This document shows positions 9,386-20,633 of a stretch of 64,000 nt of DNA, one piece after another. Under the pieces are notes generated by a model that saw only the letters and a list, made by a program, of their open reading frames with translations, made no database searches and was not told the DNA's origin. A program made the position numbers and the translations under genes. The DNA comes from Bradyrhizobium sp. (GTDB lineage: Bacteria > Pseudomonadota > Alphaproteobacteria > Rhizobiales > Xanthobacteraceae): positions 65,048 through 129,047 of the forward strand of contig JBBCHO010000005.1 in assembly GCA_037201505.1 (NCBI GenBank). Direction: 5' to 3'. The first letter of the stretch is position 1. Each line of letters begins with the position of its first letter.

Positions 9386-10145
9386 ATGCACGTTTCCATC
9401 ATCACCGGCGCCGATCGGGGATCGGAGCTGCGGTCGCGCGCCGATTGGCCGCGAGCAGTCGGTGTCTGATGCTGCAATGGCCAAGGCGCCGACGAGGCCG
9501 GGCTGCAGCGATTGAATACGGTCGCCAGGGAGTGCCAGGACGCCGGCGCCAATGTCGCGTGGCGCACCGGCGACCTGGCGAAGGCAGGGACCGCCTCCGG
9601 GCTTGTCGGCGCGGTGCGCGCGGCGTTCGGACCGGTCGATGCGATCGTGCATGCCGCAGGCTTTGCCGACCGGCGCGATTTCGCCGCGCTGCCGCGCGAG
9701 TCGCTGGAGCGGGCATTTGCTGTCATGGCCGCGTCGTTTCACGAACTGGCGGCAGAGGCGTTGCCGGATCTGACCCAGGGATCGCAGGGGCGCGTCGTCG
9801 CCATCAGCAGTTTTTGGGGCCCATCGATTTGTGCCCGGTGCCACCTATCCAGGTTCAGCCGCCGCCAAGGCCGCGCTCGAAGTGCTGGTCCGCAGTCTTG
9901 CGATCGAACTGGCCCCGTCGGGCGCGACCGCCAATATCGTTGCGCCGGGATATACCCGCAAGGATGCCGGGCTGCTCGGCGCGCTGGACGCGCAGAGCTG
10001 GCAGTTGGTTGCCAAAGCCAATCCACAGGCACGGTTGGCCGAGCCCGATGAGGTGGCCGCGCTAGTCGCTTTCCTGTTGTCGCCGGAGGCCTCCCACATC
10101 ACAGGTGCGCTGTTGCCGGTCGATGGCGGACTGACCCTGATGTGA
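9386..10145 (+). CDS. SDR family oxidoreductase (frameshifted)
   Basis: MHVSIITGA.SGIG (broken frame), VHAAG, YPGSAAAK, ANIVAPG, HITGALLPVDGG. Confidence 0.85.
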
Positions 10146-10242
10146 AATCTCAGGGTTGCGAAATCTCCTGGATGTGAACGTCACTCGGCAGTGAAAGCCC
10201 TCCATAGTAAGCTCTCCATAGTAAACGCTCCTGGACAAATCG

Positions 10243-11489
10243 ATGTCAGATAAGCAGGTGGATGTGGTCGTGCTCGGCGCCGGCATCGTCGGCGTGTCCG
10301 CAGCCTATGCCGCGCGACAACGCGGGTTGTCGGTGATCCTCGCCGACCGGCGCGAGCCGGGCAGCGAGACCTCCTATGGCAATGCCGGTATTCTCTCCAG
10401 CGGCTCGATCATGCCGCTTAACCAGCCGTCGCTCTGGAACGCGCTGCCGAAATACCTGACCAACCGGCATCCGGCGCTGCGCTGGGATCCTGCGTGGGCG
10501 GTTCGCAACCCGGACTGGGTGATCCGTTTCCTTGCCAATGCGACGCCGTCGCGTCTGCGGCCGCGGGCAACGGCGTTGCACGGCCTGATCGGCGCCTCGC
10601 TGAAACTGCATCGGGAATGGATCGTCAAAGCGGGGGCGGCGCAGCGCAATCCGCGAGACCGGCTGGCTTAAGGCATGGCGCAGCGATGCCGTGGCTGCGG
10701 CGAAGGCAGAGCAGGCCTTTCTGGCCGAATATGGCATCGAGAGCCGATTGCTCGACCGCCAGGACATTTCCGCGCTCGAGCCGACTATCCTGCCGGTCTA
10801 CAAGGTCGGCCTCCTGCATACGCAGACGGCCTCGGTCGACTCGCCGGGCGCGGTGGTCAAGGCCTATGCGCGGATGTTCGTGGGCGCCGGCGGCGAAATC
10901 CGTCAGTCGGGCGTCGAGGCGATCTCGCCTGACGGCAATGGCTGGCGCGTGATGCTGGCGGACGGCACACTCTCGGCGCGCCATGTCGTGGTGGCGCTGG
11001 GGCCCTGGTCGGCCGATCTGTTGCGACCGCTGGGCTATCGTGTTCCCCTGGCCTTTGAACGCGGCTACCATCGGGAGTTCAAGCCGAACCCCGGCACGCT
11101 CATTGCAACGTCCGATCCATGACGCAGAAGGCAGCTTCCTCATGACGCCTATGGAGCAAGGCATTCGCGTGACGTCCGGCGTCGAACTGACCGCCCGCGA
11201 CGCGCCCTCCTCGTTCGCCCAGCTCGATGCCGTGGTTCCGGTCGCACGCAGCGTGGTCGAATTCGGCGAGGCGGTCGGCGAACCCTGGCGCGGGGCGCGG
11301 CCGACGCTGCCCGACAGCCTGCCGATGATCGGGCGCGCGCCACGGCATGCCGGCCTGTGGCTCGCTTTCGGCAACCAGCATATCGGCTTCACGACCGGAC
11401 CCGCTACGGGGGCCGCGATAGCCGACATGATCGGCGGCGTGACGCCTTCCTTCAACGTCAGCGCTTTTTCGCCGAGCCGCTACCTCTGA
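10243..11489 (+). CDS. FAD-dependent oxidoreductase, D-amino acid dehydrogenase (DadA-like) family (2 frameshifts)
   Basis: VVLGAGIVG, ETSYGNAG, RGYH, W.G.RP.LPDSLPMIG and GFTTGPATG across three ORF fragments. Confidence 0.9.
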
Positions 11490-11550
11490 TGGCCGACATG
11501 GGTAAACAAAAGCTGGGCCAACAGGAGCTTTTCTGTAACCGCGAGCAGCC

Positions 11551-12218
11551 ATGAACTATGTTTGGGATTTCGCGATCCTCGGCAAATACAGCCATTTGTT
11601 CTGGCTCGGGCTGGGCTGGACTATCGCCTACACCATCGGCACCGTTTTTCTCGGGACAGTGATCGGTCTGGCGGTCGGTATCCTTCGCCTCAGGCGCCTG
11701 CCGGTAATCGACTGGCTGCTGCTGGCCTATATCGAACTGTTCCGCTGCACGCCGCTGCTGGTTCAGATCATCTGGTTCTATTATGCGTTTCCGGTCGTCA
11801 TCGGCGTCAATATCCCGGCGCATGTCGCCGCCGTCACCGTGCTGTCGCTCTATGGCGGGGCGTTTTACGCGGAGATCGTTCGCGGCAGCATCGAGAGCAT
11901 CCACAGCGGACAGTGGGATGCCGCCCGCGCGCTGGGGCTGAAGCCATGGTACCTGCTGAGGCTGGTGATCCTGCCGCAGGCGCTGAAACCGATGCTGGCG
12001 CCCTATGTCAACCAGTCGGTGACCAGCTCAAGAACACTTCGCTGGTGTCCATCATCGCCGTTCCGGATCTCGTCTATAACGCGACGCTGATCAACGCCGA
12101 AACCTATCGGCCGCTGGAGGTGTATACGGTCGTCGCCCTGATCTACTTTGCGATCCTGTTTCCGGCCACGCTGGCGGGGCGAAGACTCGAACGTGGCCTC
12201 ACCTACGACAAGGCTTGA
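11551..12218 (+). CDS. Polar amino acid ABC transporter permease (frameshifted)
   Basis: YIELFRCTPLLVQ, AFYAEIVRG, GQWDAARALG and LKNTSLVSII. Confidence 0.92.
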
Positions 12219-12250
12219 GTTGTCCGAAAAACGCTTCCGATCAAGCGGCG

Positions 12251-13129
12251 TCAGATGTTGAGTTCGACCGGCACGTCTTCCGGTTTGATGCCGCTCAGCG
12301 ACAGCCCTTTGACGAACCATTCGCGCATCTGCCCGATGCCGCGGTTGTAGTCGACCCATACCGACAGGAAATCGCGCCAGCGCTTGTCCGGCTCGCGCCG
12401 AACAGCCATGCTGCTTGGAATGGCGACGGACGGGGTTTGCAGGATCTTGTAGGTGCCGAGGTTAGGATTTTTGGCGATCGCGGTCAGGCCGAGTACCAGC
12501 GCGTTGACGACGCAATCGACCCGCCCCGCCGACATCTCGAGCATCACCTCATCGCGCGACTTCATTGACTTGATCGTCGCATTGGGTGCGAAACGCCGCG
12601 CGACGGTCTCGTTGGCGGAGCCGACATCGACCGCGATCCTGACCTCGGGCTTGTTGACGTCGGCCCATGTTTTGGCTTCCAGACCCTTCTTGAGCATTGC
12701 GCCAAACGGATGCGGAAACACGGTGGCGGTAAAATCCACCACGAGCGCCCGCTGCGGGGTCGGATTGAGGGCAAAGCCGAGATCGATCTTGTTCGACTGC
12801 AAATCGAGGATCGAATTTCCGTAAGTCGATTCGGTATATTCAAGCTTGACGTCGAGAAGTTTTGCGATGTCGTTGGCCATCTCGATCGAAAAGCCGGACC
12901 AGTTGCCGGTCGCGAGGTCCTTGTTGAAATATGGCAACTCTCCCGGCAACACAGCGATGCGCAGCACCTTGTTGGCGCGGATGCGATCGAGCGTGTTGTC
13001 CGCAGCTGTTTGTGCCGAGGCCGGCCCTGTGACGGCGGCAGCGAGCGCCGCCCCGCCGCCGATCGCGAGGGCGTAACGCAACGCTTCGCGGCGGTCTTCA
13101 GAAATCCTGCTGTCGTCCGATGTGGTCAC
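12251..13129 (-). CDS. Amino acid ABC transporter substrate-binding protein with Tat-like leader
   Basis: DRREAL leader, TLDRIRANKVLRIA, family-3 SBP features; GTG 13129 preceded by GGAGG. Confidence 0.88.
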   Translation of the reverse strand: MTTSDDSRISEDRREALRYALAIGGGAALAAAVTGPASAQTAADNTLDRIRANKVLRIAVLPGELPYFNKDLATGNWSGFSIEMANDIAKLLDVKLEYTESTYGNSILDLQSNKIDLGFALNPTPQRALVVDFTATVFPHPFGAMLKKGLEAKTWADVNKPEVRIAVDVGSANETVARRFAPNATIKSMKSRDEVMLEMSAGRVDCVVNALVLGLTAIAKNPNLGTYKILQTPSVAIPSSMAVRREPDKRWRDFLSVWVDYNRGIGQMREWFVKGLSLSGIKPEDVPVELNI

Positions 13130-13413
13130 ACATGCCTCCCTCCAAATTTGCCTCCTGCCCAATTCGGTCAAGCCTAGCGCGCGCATAGCAACGCAGCAAT
13201 AGTATCAGGGCTCTCCCGCTCGCCGATGAGAAACTCAATCAGGCTGGATGCCGCTACGCGCGTTGATGGCCCATGGCGGAAGTCCGCGGCCTTCAGGGCG
13301 CACGGCATAAAACCTTCGTATCGTTCCGTGACCCCTACGTTCAATTGAGATGCTGAGTTCATCGTTCTAGCCTCACCAGTGACGCCGGAATACCATCCGA
13401 ATTGGAGCCGCCC

Positions 13414-13870
13414 ATGAGCCAGGTTCAAGTCGAGCAGAAAAGCTATCAGATGCCGCCGTTGGAAGGGATCACGGTCACGCACTTTATCACGGTCGCCGAC
13501 ATCGAACGATCCGCTCGATTTTACGAAACGGTGTTCGGCGGTCGCATCTTGAGCGGAGGCGACAGCAAGGGCGCGCCGGGATATATCCAGATCGCGAACA
13601 CGTGGCTCATCGTCAATGTCGGCGGCGGCCCGACACCCGACAAACCGTCGGTAACGCTCAGCACCCCCCGCCAACCCGGATTCAGTCAGCAGCTTTATGA
13701 ATATCCGCGTGGCGGATATTCAGGCGTGCTATGCGCTATGGCGACAACGCGGGGCGGAATTTATCACGGAGCCAAAGGACAAATACGGCGAAACGCGCCG
13801 CTACATTCGCGATCCCGACGGCTACATTATAGAAGTCGGACAAAGCAAACCGGAGTTCACTTACGGCTGA
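13414..13870 (+). CDS. VOC family protein (frameshift in a C run near 13665)
   Basis: HFITVADIERSARFYETVFGG..NVGGGPTPDKP, then in the shifted frame FMNIRVADIQACY...YIRDPDGYIIEVGQS..FTYG*. Confidence 0.88.
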
Positions 13871-13943
13871 TCACAATCTTCGAGCCGGAAGGATTTCAGA
13901 ACTATTTCGCAATCCATAGCGGCTGCGCGATCCTGCGTTATAT

Positions 13944-14057
13944 TCAGCGACGGCGTGTCGCCGAGGAACAGCCGGTCATTGATGCCGGTGTAGAGCGTCT
14001 CGCCGATATGCAACCGGGCATTGTTGGCTTCGCGTTTCGTGGTGTCCTACGCCATAG
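13944..14057 (-). pseudogene. Remnant 3' end of a redoxin-2OG-Fe(II) oxygenase gene (diverged copy of ~17075-17190)
   Basis: 31-bp identity (13982-14012 = 17112-17142); encodes KREANNARLHIGETLYTGINDRLF. Confidence 0.85.
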
Positions 14058-14293
14058 CGGACGCCGGATTTACCGTTCGATCCCCCTACATTTGGCCGTC
14101 CTCTGCCGGTCATGTCATTGCGTGACCATTGGCTCCTGAGATAGGCTTTTGGTAATATGGGGTGGCTGCCTGCGCTGCCATCGACCGTCTCATCAGCCAG
14201 AGCCAACTGGGGTGCGAAATGCGGGCCGTGCGGCACGAGGACTGGTTGAAGACGGCTCCATGCCGTCTAGCGAACCGGTAGAGCGTGCTTCAA

Positions 14294-15890
14294 ATGCCGC
14301 AAGCGGTCGCCGGCACGCCAGAGGAACAGCATTACACCCTCGCGAACTCCCCTCCGGGCCCGGCGCAGAAGCGGTTCGCGCTCGTCGTTGTGCTCGTTTT
14401 GCTGACCGTCTTTATTTTAATCACTGCCGGGCCGCTGGGAAGAATCCACACCGGCCGGATCGATGCCTTCATCCCGATCTATCTGACCGGAATGTTCGTG
14501 AGCGATTCGATCACCGCGGTGCTTCTATTCGCCCAGTTCTCCATACAGCGCTCGCGTGCGTTGCTGGTGATTGCGAACGGCTATCTCTTCGCGGCGTTGA
14601 TGCTGATTCCGTATCTGCTGACGTTTCCAGGGGTGTTTGCGCCGACCGGCCTGATTGGCGGCCTGCAGAGCACGTCATGGGCCTACTTTTTTCAGTACGC
14701 CGTTTTTTCCGATGTTCGTGATCGCTTATGTTCTGTTGAAGGATGCCGCTCCCGGCAAAATATCCCTGCCCGGTGCAGCGAGCACGGCGATCGTCGTGAG
14801 CGCGGTGTCGACCATAACCCTCGTCCTGGCGGCTTCATTTCTTTTCATCGCGGGCGAGGCGCTGCTGCCGCCCATCATGCTCGACTCTTCCCATTTCGGA
14901 CCGCTGTGGCCTTATGTCGGCCTGCCCGTCGCGTCGATGAGTTTCGCGGCCGTTATCGCGCTCTGGTTCCGGCGAAATTCAATGCTCGATCTCTGGCTGC
15001 TGGTCGTGATGTGCACCTACTCGATGTTGATACCGCTCAACTACTTTTCTTCTCCGATGCGCTTTGGCATCGGCTGGTATGCGGTCCGGACCTTCGCGGC
15101 GATATCCAGCAGCCTCGTCCTGATTTTCCTGCTGTATGAAATAACGATGCTCTATAGCAGGCTGCTCCACGCGATCCTTGACCAGCGTCGCGAGCGCGAC
15201 GCGCGCCTGATGACCGGCGATGCGGTCGCAGCCACGATGGCGCATGAATTCAGGCAGCCGCTGGCGGCCATGATGACGCGGGCCGACACCGGTTTCCGCT
15301 GGCTTAATCGCCCGGTACCCGATCTCGATCATGCCAAGGACGCATTCAAGCAGATCACCGCTGATGGCCGTCGTGCGGAAGCGGTGATCGAAAGTATCAG
15401 GGCGTCCTTGAAGCAGCAGGGCCAGATCAGAACTCTGCTCGACGTCAATGACCTCATTAGGGAAGCCCTTGCTTTGACGCGCGACGATCTGCGACGCCAC
15501 GGAATACACCTCAACTCCCTGGCCAGTTCGGAACTGCCGCGGGTGATGGGAGATCGAATTCAGCTGCAGCAGGTGCTTCTGAACCTGATTACGAACGCGA
15601 TCGATTCGATGGCGGTCGAGGATGGACCCCGAATTCTATCCGTCAGCTCCGAGGTTCACGACAGCAGCGACGATGTCCTGGTGTCGGTCGCCGACACCGG
15701 AGCAGGAATCAAATCGCAAGACATCCAGCGCGTGTTCAACCCGCTGTTCACGACGAAATCGGGCGGTATGGGCCTGGGCCTGTCGATCTGCCGCTCGATT
15801 ATCGAGGGGCACCACGGGAGGCTGGGAGTCGTCCCGAACATCCCCAAAGGCGCGGTTTTTCAGATCGCCCTGCCCGCCCATGTCGGCTGA
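14294..15890 (+). CDS. MASE4-domain membrane sensor histidine kinase (frameshifted)
   Basis: ITAVLLFAQFSI.RSRALLVIANGYLF (MASE4), AHEFRQPL, QQVLLNLITNA, FTTKSGGMGLGL; start could be 14260. Confidence 0.9.
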
Positions 15891-15942
15891 TGCCCTTCCA
15901 TGGCACTCCACTAAATCCTAAGATGTTATCGATACGTCGGAG

Positions 15943-16941
15943 ATGACCATGAGGCGTCGAAGGTTTGTCGGTCTGATCGGTCTTGTGGCGACGTGGCCAT
16001 TCGCGGCGCGGTCACAGCATTCCGACCGCTTGCGGCGGATGGGCATGCTCATGGGATATGCCGAGGGCGACTCGGAAGGACAAGCCCGCTCAACGGCGTT
16101 CCTTGATGGCCTCCAAAAACTTGGATGGACGCAAGGCCGCAACATCCGGATCGACATTCGCTGGGCGGCGTCTGACGAAGCTGAGGCAAGGAAGCGATTG
16201 GCCATCGAACTTGTTGCGTTGCAGCCTGATCTCATTTTTTCGAACAACACCCTCACCACCCAGGAACTGTTAAAACAAACACATAGCATTCCCATCCTGT
16301 TTGGTGGCGTCTCCGATCCAATCAGCAGCGGCTTCGTTGAGAGTTTTCGGCGACCGGGTGGCAACGTCACCGGGTTTATCAATACCGAGTCACAATTGGC
16401 CGGAAAATGGGTGCAACTGCTCAAAGAGGTCGCTCCGGGTGTCAGTCGCGTAGTCCTGTTGTTCAACCTTAATACAGCGAATTATGCCGAAGGCTATCTG
16501 GCCGCGTTCAAAGCCGCCGCTTCCTCCTCGGGCGTGGAGGGCATTATCGCTTCGGCTCGCGACGAAGCTGAAATTGAATCCATCATTGTCTCGCAAGCAG
16601 CCGTCCCGAACACGGGCATGGTCGTGATGCCGGAATCGTTCTTTGTCGCCCATCGCGCGGAGGTCATATCACTAACAGCTCACCACCGTCTTCCCTGCAT
16701 TTATCCGTTCCGCGCCTTCGCTGAACAAGGGGGGCTCTTGTCCTACGGAAACGATCAGATCGATAATTTTCGTCGCGCGGCGAGTTACGCCGATCGCATC
16801 CTGAAAGGCGAGAAGCCTGGGGAGCTTCCCGTTCAAGCTCCGGTAAAATTCGAATTGATGATCAATCTCAAGACCGCCGGTGCCCTTGGTCTCAACGTAC
16901 CTTTTTCCCTTCAGCAAAGTGCCGACGGGTTGATCGAATAA
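15943..16941 (+). CDS. Orphan ABC transporter substrate-binding protein (MRRR-leader ABC_sub_bind family)
   Basis: MRRRRFVGL, RPGGNVTGF, GGLLSYG, RILKGEKPGELPVQAP.KFEL.INLKTA.ALGL. Confidence 0.92.
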   Translation: MTMRRRRFVGLIGLVATWPFAARSQHSDRLRRMGMLMGYAEGDSEGQARSTAFLDGLQKLGWTQGRNIRIDIRWAASDEAEARKRLAIELVALQPDLIFSNNTLTTQELLKQTHSIPILFGGVSDPISSGFVESFRRPGGNVTGFINTESQLAGKWVQLLKEVAPGVSRVVLLFNLNTANYAEGYLAAFKAAASSSGVEGIIASARDEAEIESIIVSQAAVPNTGMVVMPESFFVAHRAEVISLTAHHRLPCIYPFRAFAEQGGLLSYGNDQIDNFRRAASYADRILKGEKPGELPVQAPVKFELMINLKTAGALGLNVPFSLQQSADGLIE

Positions 16942-17002
16942 AACATCGAGCTACCGTAACGGTGCGTTCAATTAGACGGTGCACTCAATTGAAACGCTGC
17001 GG

Positions 17003-17037
17003 AGGCACGGCGCTGGCGCGCCTTTGCCCACCCTACG
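17003..17037 (-). repeat. GTAG-type REP half-element
   Basis: Reverse complement reads CGTAGGGTGGGCAAAGGCGCGCCAGCGCCGTGCC. Confidence 0.6.
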
Positions 17038-17053
17038 GCATCAGCGATAGCGC

Positions 17054-18224
17054 TTAAGCGACCGCGGTCATGTCCAGCGACGGCGCGTCGTCGGGGAACA
17101 GCCGGTCGTTCATGCCGGTGTAGAGCGTCTCGCCGATATGCAGCCGCGCATTGGTTGGCCTCGCGCTTCTTGACGTCTTCCTCGCCATAGAGGAATGCCA
17201 GGAAAGCATAGCGCTTGCCCTTGGTGACCGGTGTGACCTGATGAAGGGCGCCGCAGGAGAACACCAGCGCGCCGCCTTCCGATGGCCGATAGACCTTGCG
17301 GCCGAATTCCGGGAACATCAGGTCGCAGCCTTCGAAATTATTGTTGAGGTTGATCGAGACCGCAAAGCGCCGGTGCTGGGCGCCGGCATTGACGTTGTCG
17401 CGATGACGATGGAAGTGACCGCCGACCTCGCTGTCGTAGCAGGCGATGATGCAGCGATCCATCCGGGTCGCCTTGAACTGGAAAAATTGCTCGATCGAGG
17501 GCAGCAACCGGCGCACGATCTGGCCGCGCACGAGATCGCGCACTTCAGGTGCTGCGACCGAAACGTCGCTGCGGCGCTTGAGGCCGCAGTCGGACAATGT
17601 CGTGGTCTTGCCACCGACGTCGAACTGGAAGCCGGAATCCACACCGCCCTGCTGGTCATAGAACTGCACGAGGAAGTCGCAGATCTCGAAACTGAAGACG
17701 CGCGGGATCATCAGCGCCGGCGCGAACATCGGCACGCCAGCGGAATCGTCGACCGAGGGAAGCCCGCGCAGCACATTGCCGACGCTCTGCGCATGTCCCT
17801 GCGGCATGTCCCAGGCGATGTCGGCGATCGCGCGCAGCATCGGATCGAGCACGACGGTGCGCGGCATCTCCTGCGCGCCGAACGATCGGGTGATCGCGCC
17901 GTCATAATCGGCGAGAAAGAAAAGCTTGTTGCTGGTGAGCGCGGCGAGACTTGCAATATCAAGGCTCGCGATATCGTCAGGCTGCCCGGTGAAGACGCAA
18001 CCGATTGCGACCTGGTCCTCACCGAGGGAGGCGCTGGCGCGCACGAGTTCGTCGATTTCAACCATGGTCCGCGGATTGGCCGGCGAGCCGAGAAAGCTCA
18101 GCACCACCCAGCGGCCCGCGCTGACATGCAGATCGAACGATCCGCCGGTTACCAGCGGCGCGCTGAACAGCGGCACGGGATCACCGAGAACAATGCGATT
18201 AACGCCGGTTTGCTGATCGATCAT
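17054..18224 (-). CDS. Redoxin (AhpC/TSA-like)-2OG-Fe(II) oxygenase fusion protein (1-nt insertion near 17153)
   Basis: N-terminal LGDPVPLF...GRWVVLSF...FLADYDG..TVVLDP; C-terminal GGHFHRHRDN, FAVSINLN and LHQVTPVTKGKRYAFL. Corrected end is DAPSLDMTAVA* (TAA at 17054). Confidence 0.9.
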
Positions 18225-18278
18225 GGTCGAACCTTCGCTGAAGCGCACCTTTGGCGCGCGAAACGCTAGGCCCGGTAT

Positions 18279-18295
18279 GGTTAACTTTTACTTAA
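18279..18295 (-). promoter_or_regulatory. CtrA-binding box
   Basis: Minus strand TTAA-GTAAAAG-TTAAC, a perfect TTAA-N7-TTAAC, ~55 bp upstream of the oxygenase start. Confidence 0.75.
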
Positions 18296-18340
18296 TTGTT
18301 AGCCCGGACCCGGGTCGATGCTTCGCGAAAGCAACCGGCA

Positions 18341-19179
18341 CTACAAAAGCTTTCCGTCCGGTCCGAAGAACGGATGCGGCCCGTCGAAGTCGCCGATCGG
18401 CACCTGATGCGTCACCAGACGGCCGAATCCCTCGCCGGCAAACCAGGTGTGCAGGTGGAAGGCCGGCGGCTCGACCTTGAACGACGGCTCGCGCAACTCG
18501 GCGAGATCGAGATCCACCGCGTGATTTGGCGCCGGGCAGATCGTGCACGCAACGCCGGCGAACATCGTCAGCGCAGCGCGATGGATATGACCGGTCGCCA
18601 AGAGTTGCACGCGCGGATGACGCCGGACGATGGATTCCAGTTCGGCGGCATTCTGCAGATTCTGGCGATCCATATGCCAGATGCCGGCGGCAAATGCGGA
18701 TGATGCAGGAACAGCAGCGCGGGCCTGTCCACGGACGCGGCCAGCGTCGTATCGAGCCATTGCAGGGTCGATGCTTCGAGCTGGCCATGGGGCTTTCCGG
18801 GCACGCTCGAATCCAGCAGCAGAAGATCGAGGCCGCCGATTTCGATCTTCTGGTCGAGAGGTCCAGACGGAACCGCGTGGCCGATTTGCGGAAACGCGGC
18901 GCGCATCATGTCGCGGGAATCGTGATTACCGGGAATGCCGGCGAATGGCAGTTTCAGCGCTGACAGCATTTGCTTGAGATAGTCATATTCCTCCGATGTC
19001 GGCGTATCGGCGAGGTCGCCCGATATCACGACAAAGTCCGGCGCGGGCTTGAACGCGTTCAAGGCCGCGACGCAGCGCTCCAGCGCCTTCGCCGTGTCGA
19101 CACGGCCGTAGGCCAACTGCCCCGGCGACTTGATGTGCAGATCGGAAATCTGGGCAATGCAGATCGGTTTTGTGGACAT
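18341..19179 (-). CDS. Metallophosphoesterase, CpdA/GpdQ-like phosphodiesterase (frameshifted)
   Basis: SDLH, SGDL, PGNHD, LHHP and GHIH motifs. Confidence 0.92.
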
Positions 19180-19185
19180 CTCTAT

Positions 19186-20247
19186 TCAATCTTCCAGCGG
19201 CAAGAGGCGGACAGCTTCCGCTGCAATGGCAAGCCCGATCCGGTCACCGGCTTTGGCCTTGATCAGGTTCGACGCGTCTATTGTGAGCGGCTTGTCGGCA
19301 ATGCCGCTCACGACAATGCGCTGCCGATTGCCGGTAAAACTGACGCTGTCGACTATTCCGGTCAACGGCGCGGTTCCGGCATCGACGATCCCGATCGTTT
19401 CGGGACGCACCATGGCAACGGCGGTCGGGAGGCTGGCATCGCCGCCGATCGGCAGGCGGCCACCGGGCAGAACCAGCTGGCCATGATCGAGTGGCGCCTC
19501 GATGATGTTGGCCGCGCCGATAAACTCGGCGACAAAGCGGCCTTGCGGCGCGAAATAGATATCGCGGGGCGTGCCGATCTGCGCAATCGCGCCCTTGCGC
19601 ATCACCACCACGCGATCGCCGAGCTCCATGGCTTCGGCCTGATCATGCGTGACATAGATCGCGGTGATGCCGAGCGCCCGCAGCAAACGATTAAGCTCGC
19701 CGCGCAAGCGATCCCGCAAGGCCGCGTCCAGCGCAGTCAAAGGCTCGTCCAGCAACAGGATCCCCGGCCGGATTGCCACCGCCCGCGCCAAGGCCACGCG
19801 CTGGCGCTGGCCGCCGGAGAGCTGGTCGATCCGGCGATTTTCAAGTCCCGTGATATTCGTCCAACGCCACCAGTTCGGCGACCCGCGTAGCCCGCTCATC
19901 CGCGGGCACGCCACGGATCTTGAGGCCGTAGCCGATGTTTTCCGCGACGCTCATGTTCGGAACAACGCGTAGGATTGAAACACCATGCCGACATTGCGCT
20001 TCTCGATCGGAACCGACGTCATATCCTTGCCGTCGAACAGCACCTTGCCGCCCGCGTCCGGCAGCTCAAGCCCGGCGATGATGCGCAGCATCGTGGTCTT
20101 GCCGCAGCCGGATGGACCCAACAACACCAGCGTTTCGCCGCGCGCGATGTCGAGCGTCGCCGGCTCCAGCGCACGGGTGCCGTCGGCAAAAGTCTTGCCG
20201 CAGTTTTCGACCCGCACCGCCGCGCCATGACCTATCGTCGCGCTCAT
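19186..20247 (-). CDS. ABC transporter ATP-binding protein, PotA/FbpC-like (frameshifted)
   Basis: [40 protein letters not shown]-like C-terminus. Confidence 0.92.
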
Positions 20248-20633
20248 CGTGCCGCCTCGTTTTGCGCGAAGACCTGCATCGCCACCAGAAGCGGAATGAT
20301 CACGACAAAGAATATCAGCGTATAGGCCGAAGCCACTTCGAGCCGCATCGAGGCGTAGCTGTCGGCGAGACCTATCGGAAGCGTCTTGGTGAGCGGTGTA
20401 TGCAGCATCCAGGTCAGGTTGAATTCGCCGAGCGAAAGCGTCACCACCATCAGGCTGCCGGCCAGAATGCCCGGCACCGCATTGGGCACGATGACATCGC
20501 GAAACCGGCGCCACGGCGAAGCGCCGAGCGAGGCCGCGCCCTCATCAAGGGTCTTGACATCGACTGTGGCAAACACCGCCATCACCGAGCGCACCATGAA
20601 AGGCATGGTGAAAATGACGTGTCCTACCAGAAT
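20244..20633 (-). pseudogene. ABC transporter permease, 5'-truncated (C-terminal half only)
   Basis: [27 protein letters not shown] (EAA-type loop)..SLGEFNLT; similarity stops abruptly at ~20633. Confidence 0.85.

Noticed and set aside
8934-10065. ORFs 8934-9359 (-) and 9121-10065 (+)
   Set aside because: They are translations of the structured repeat, partly fused to off-frame SDR sequence.
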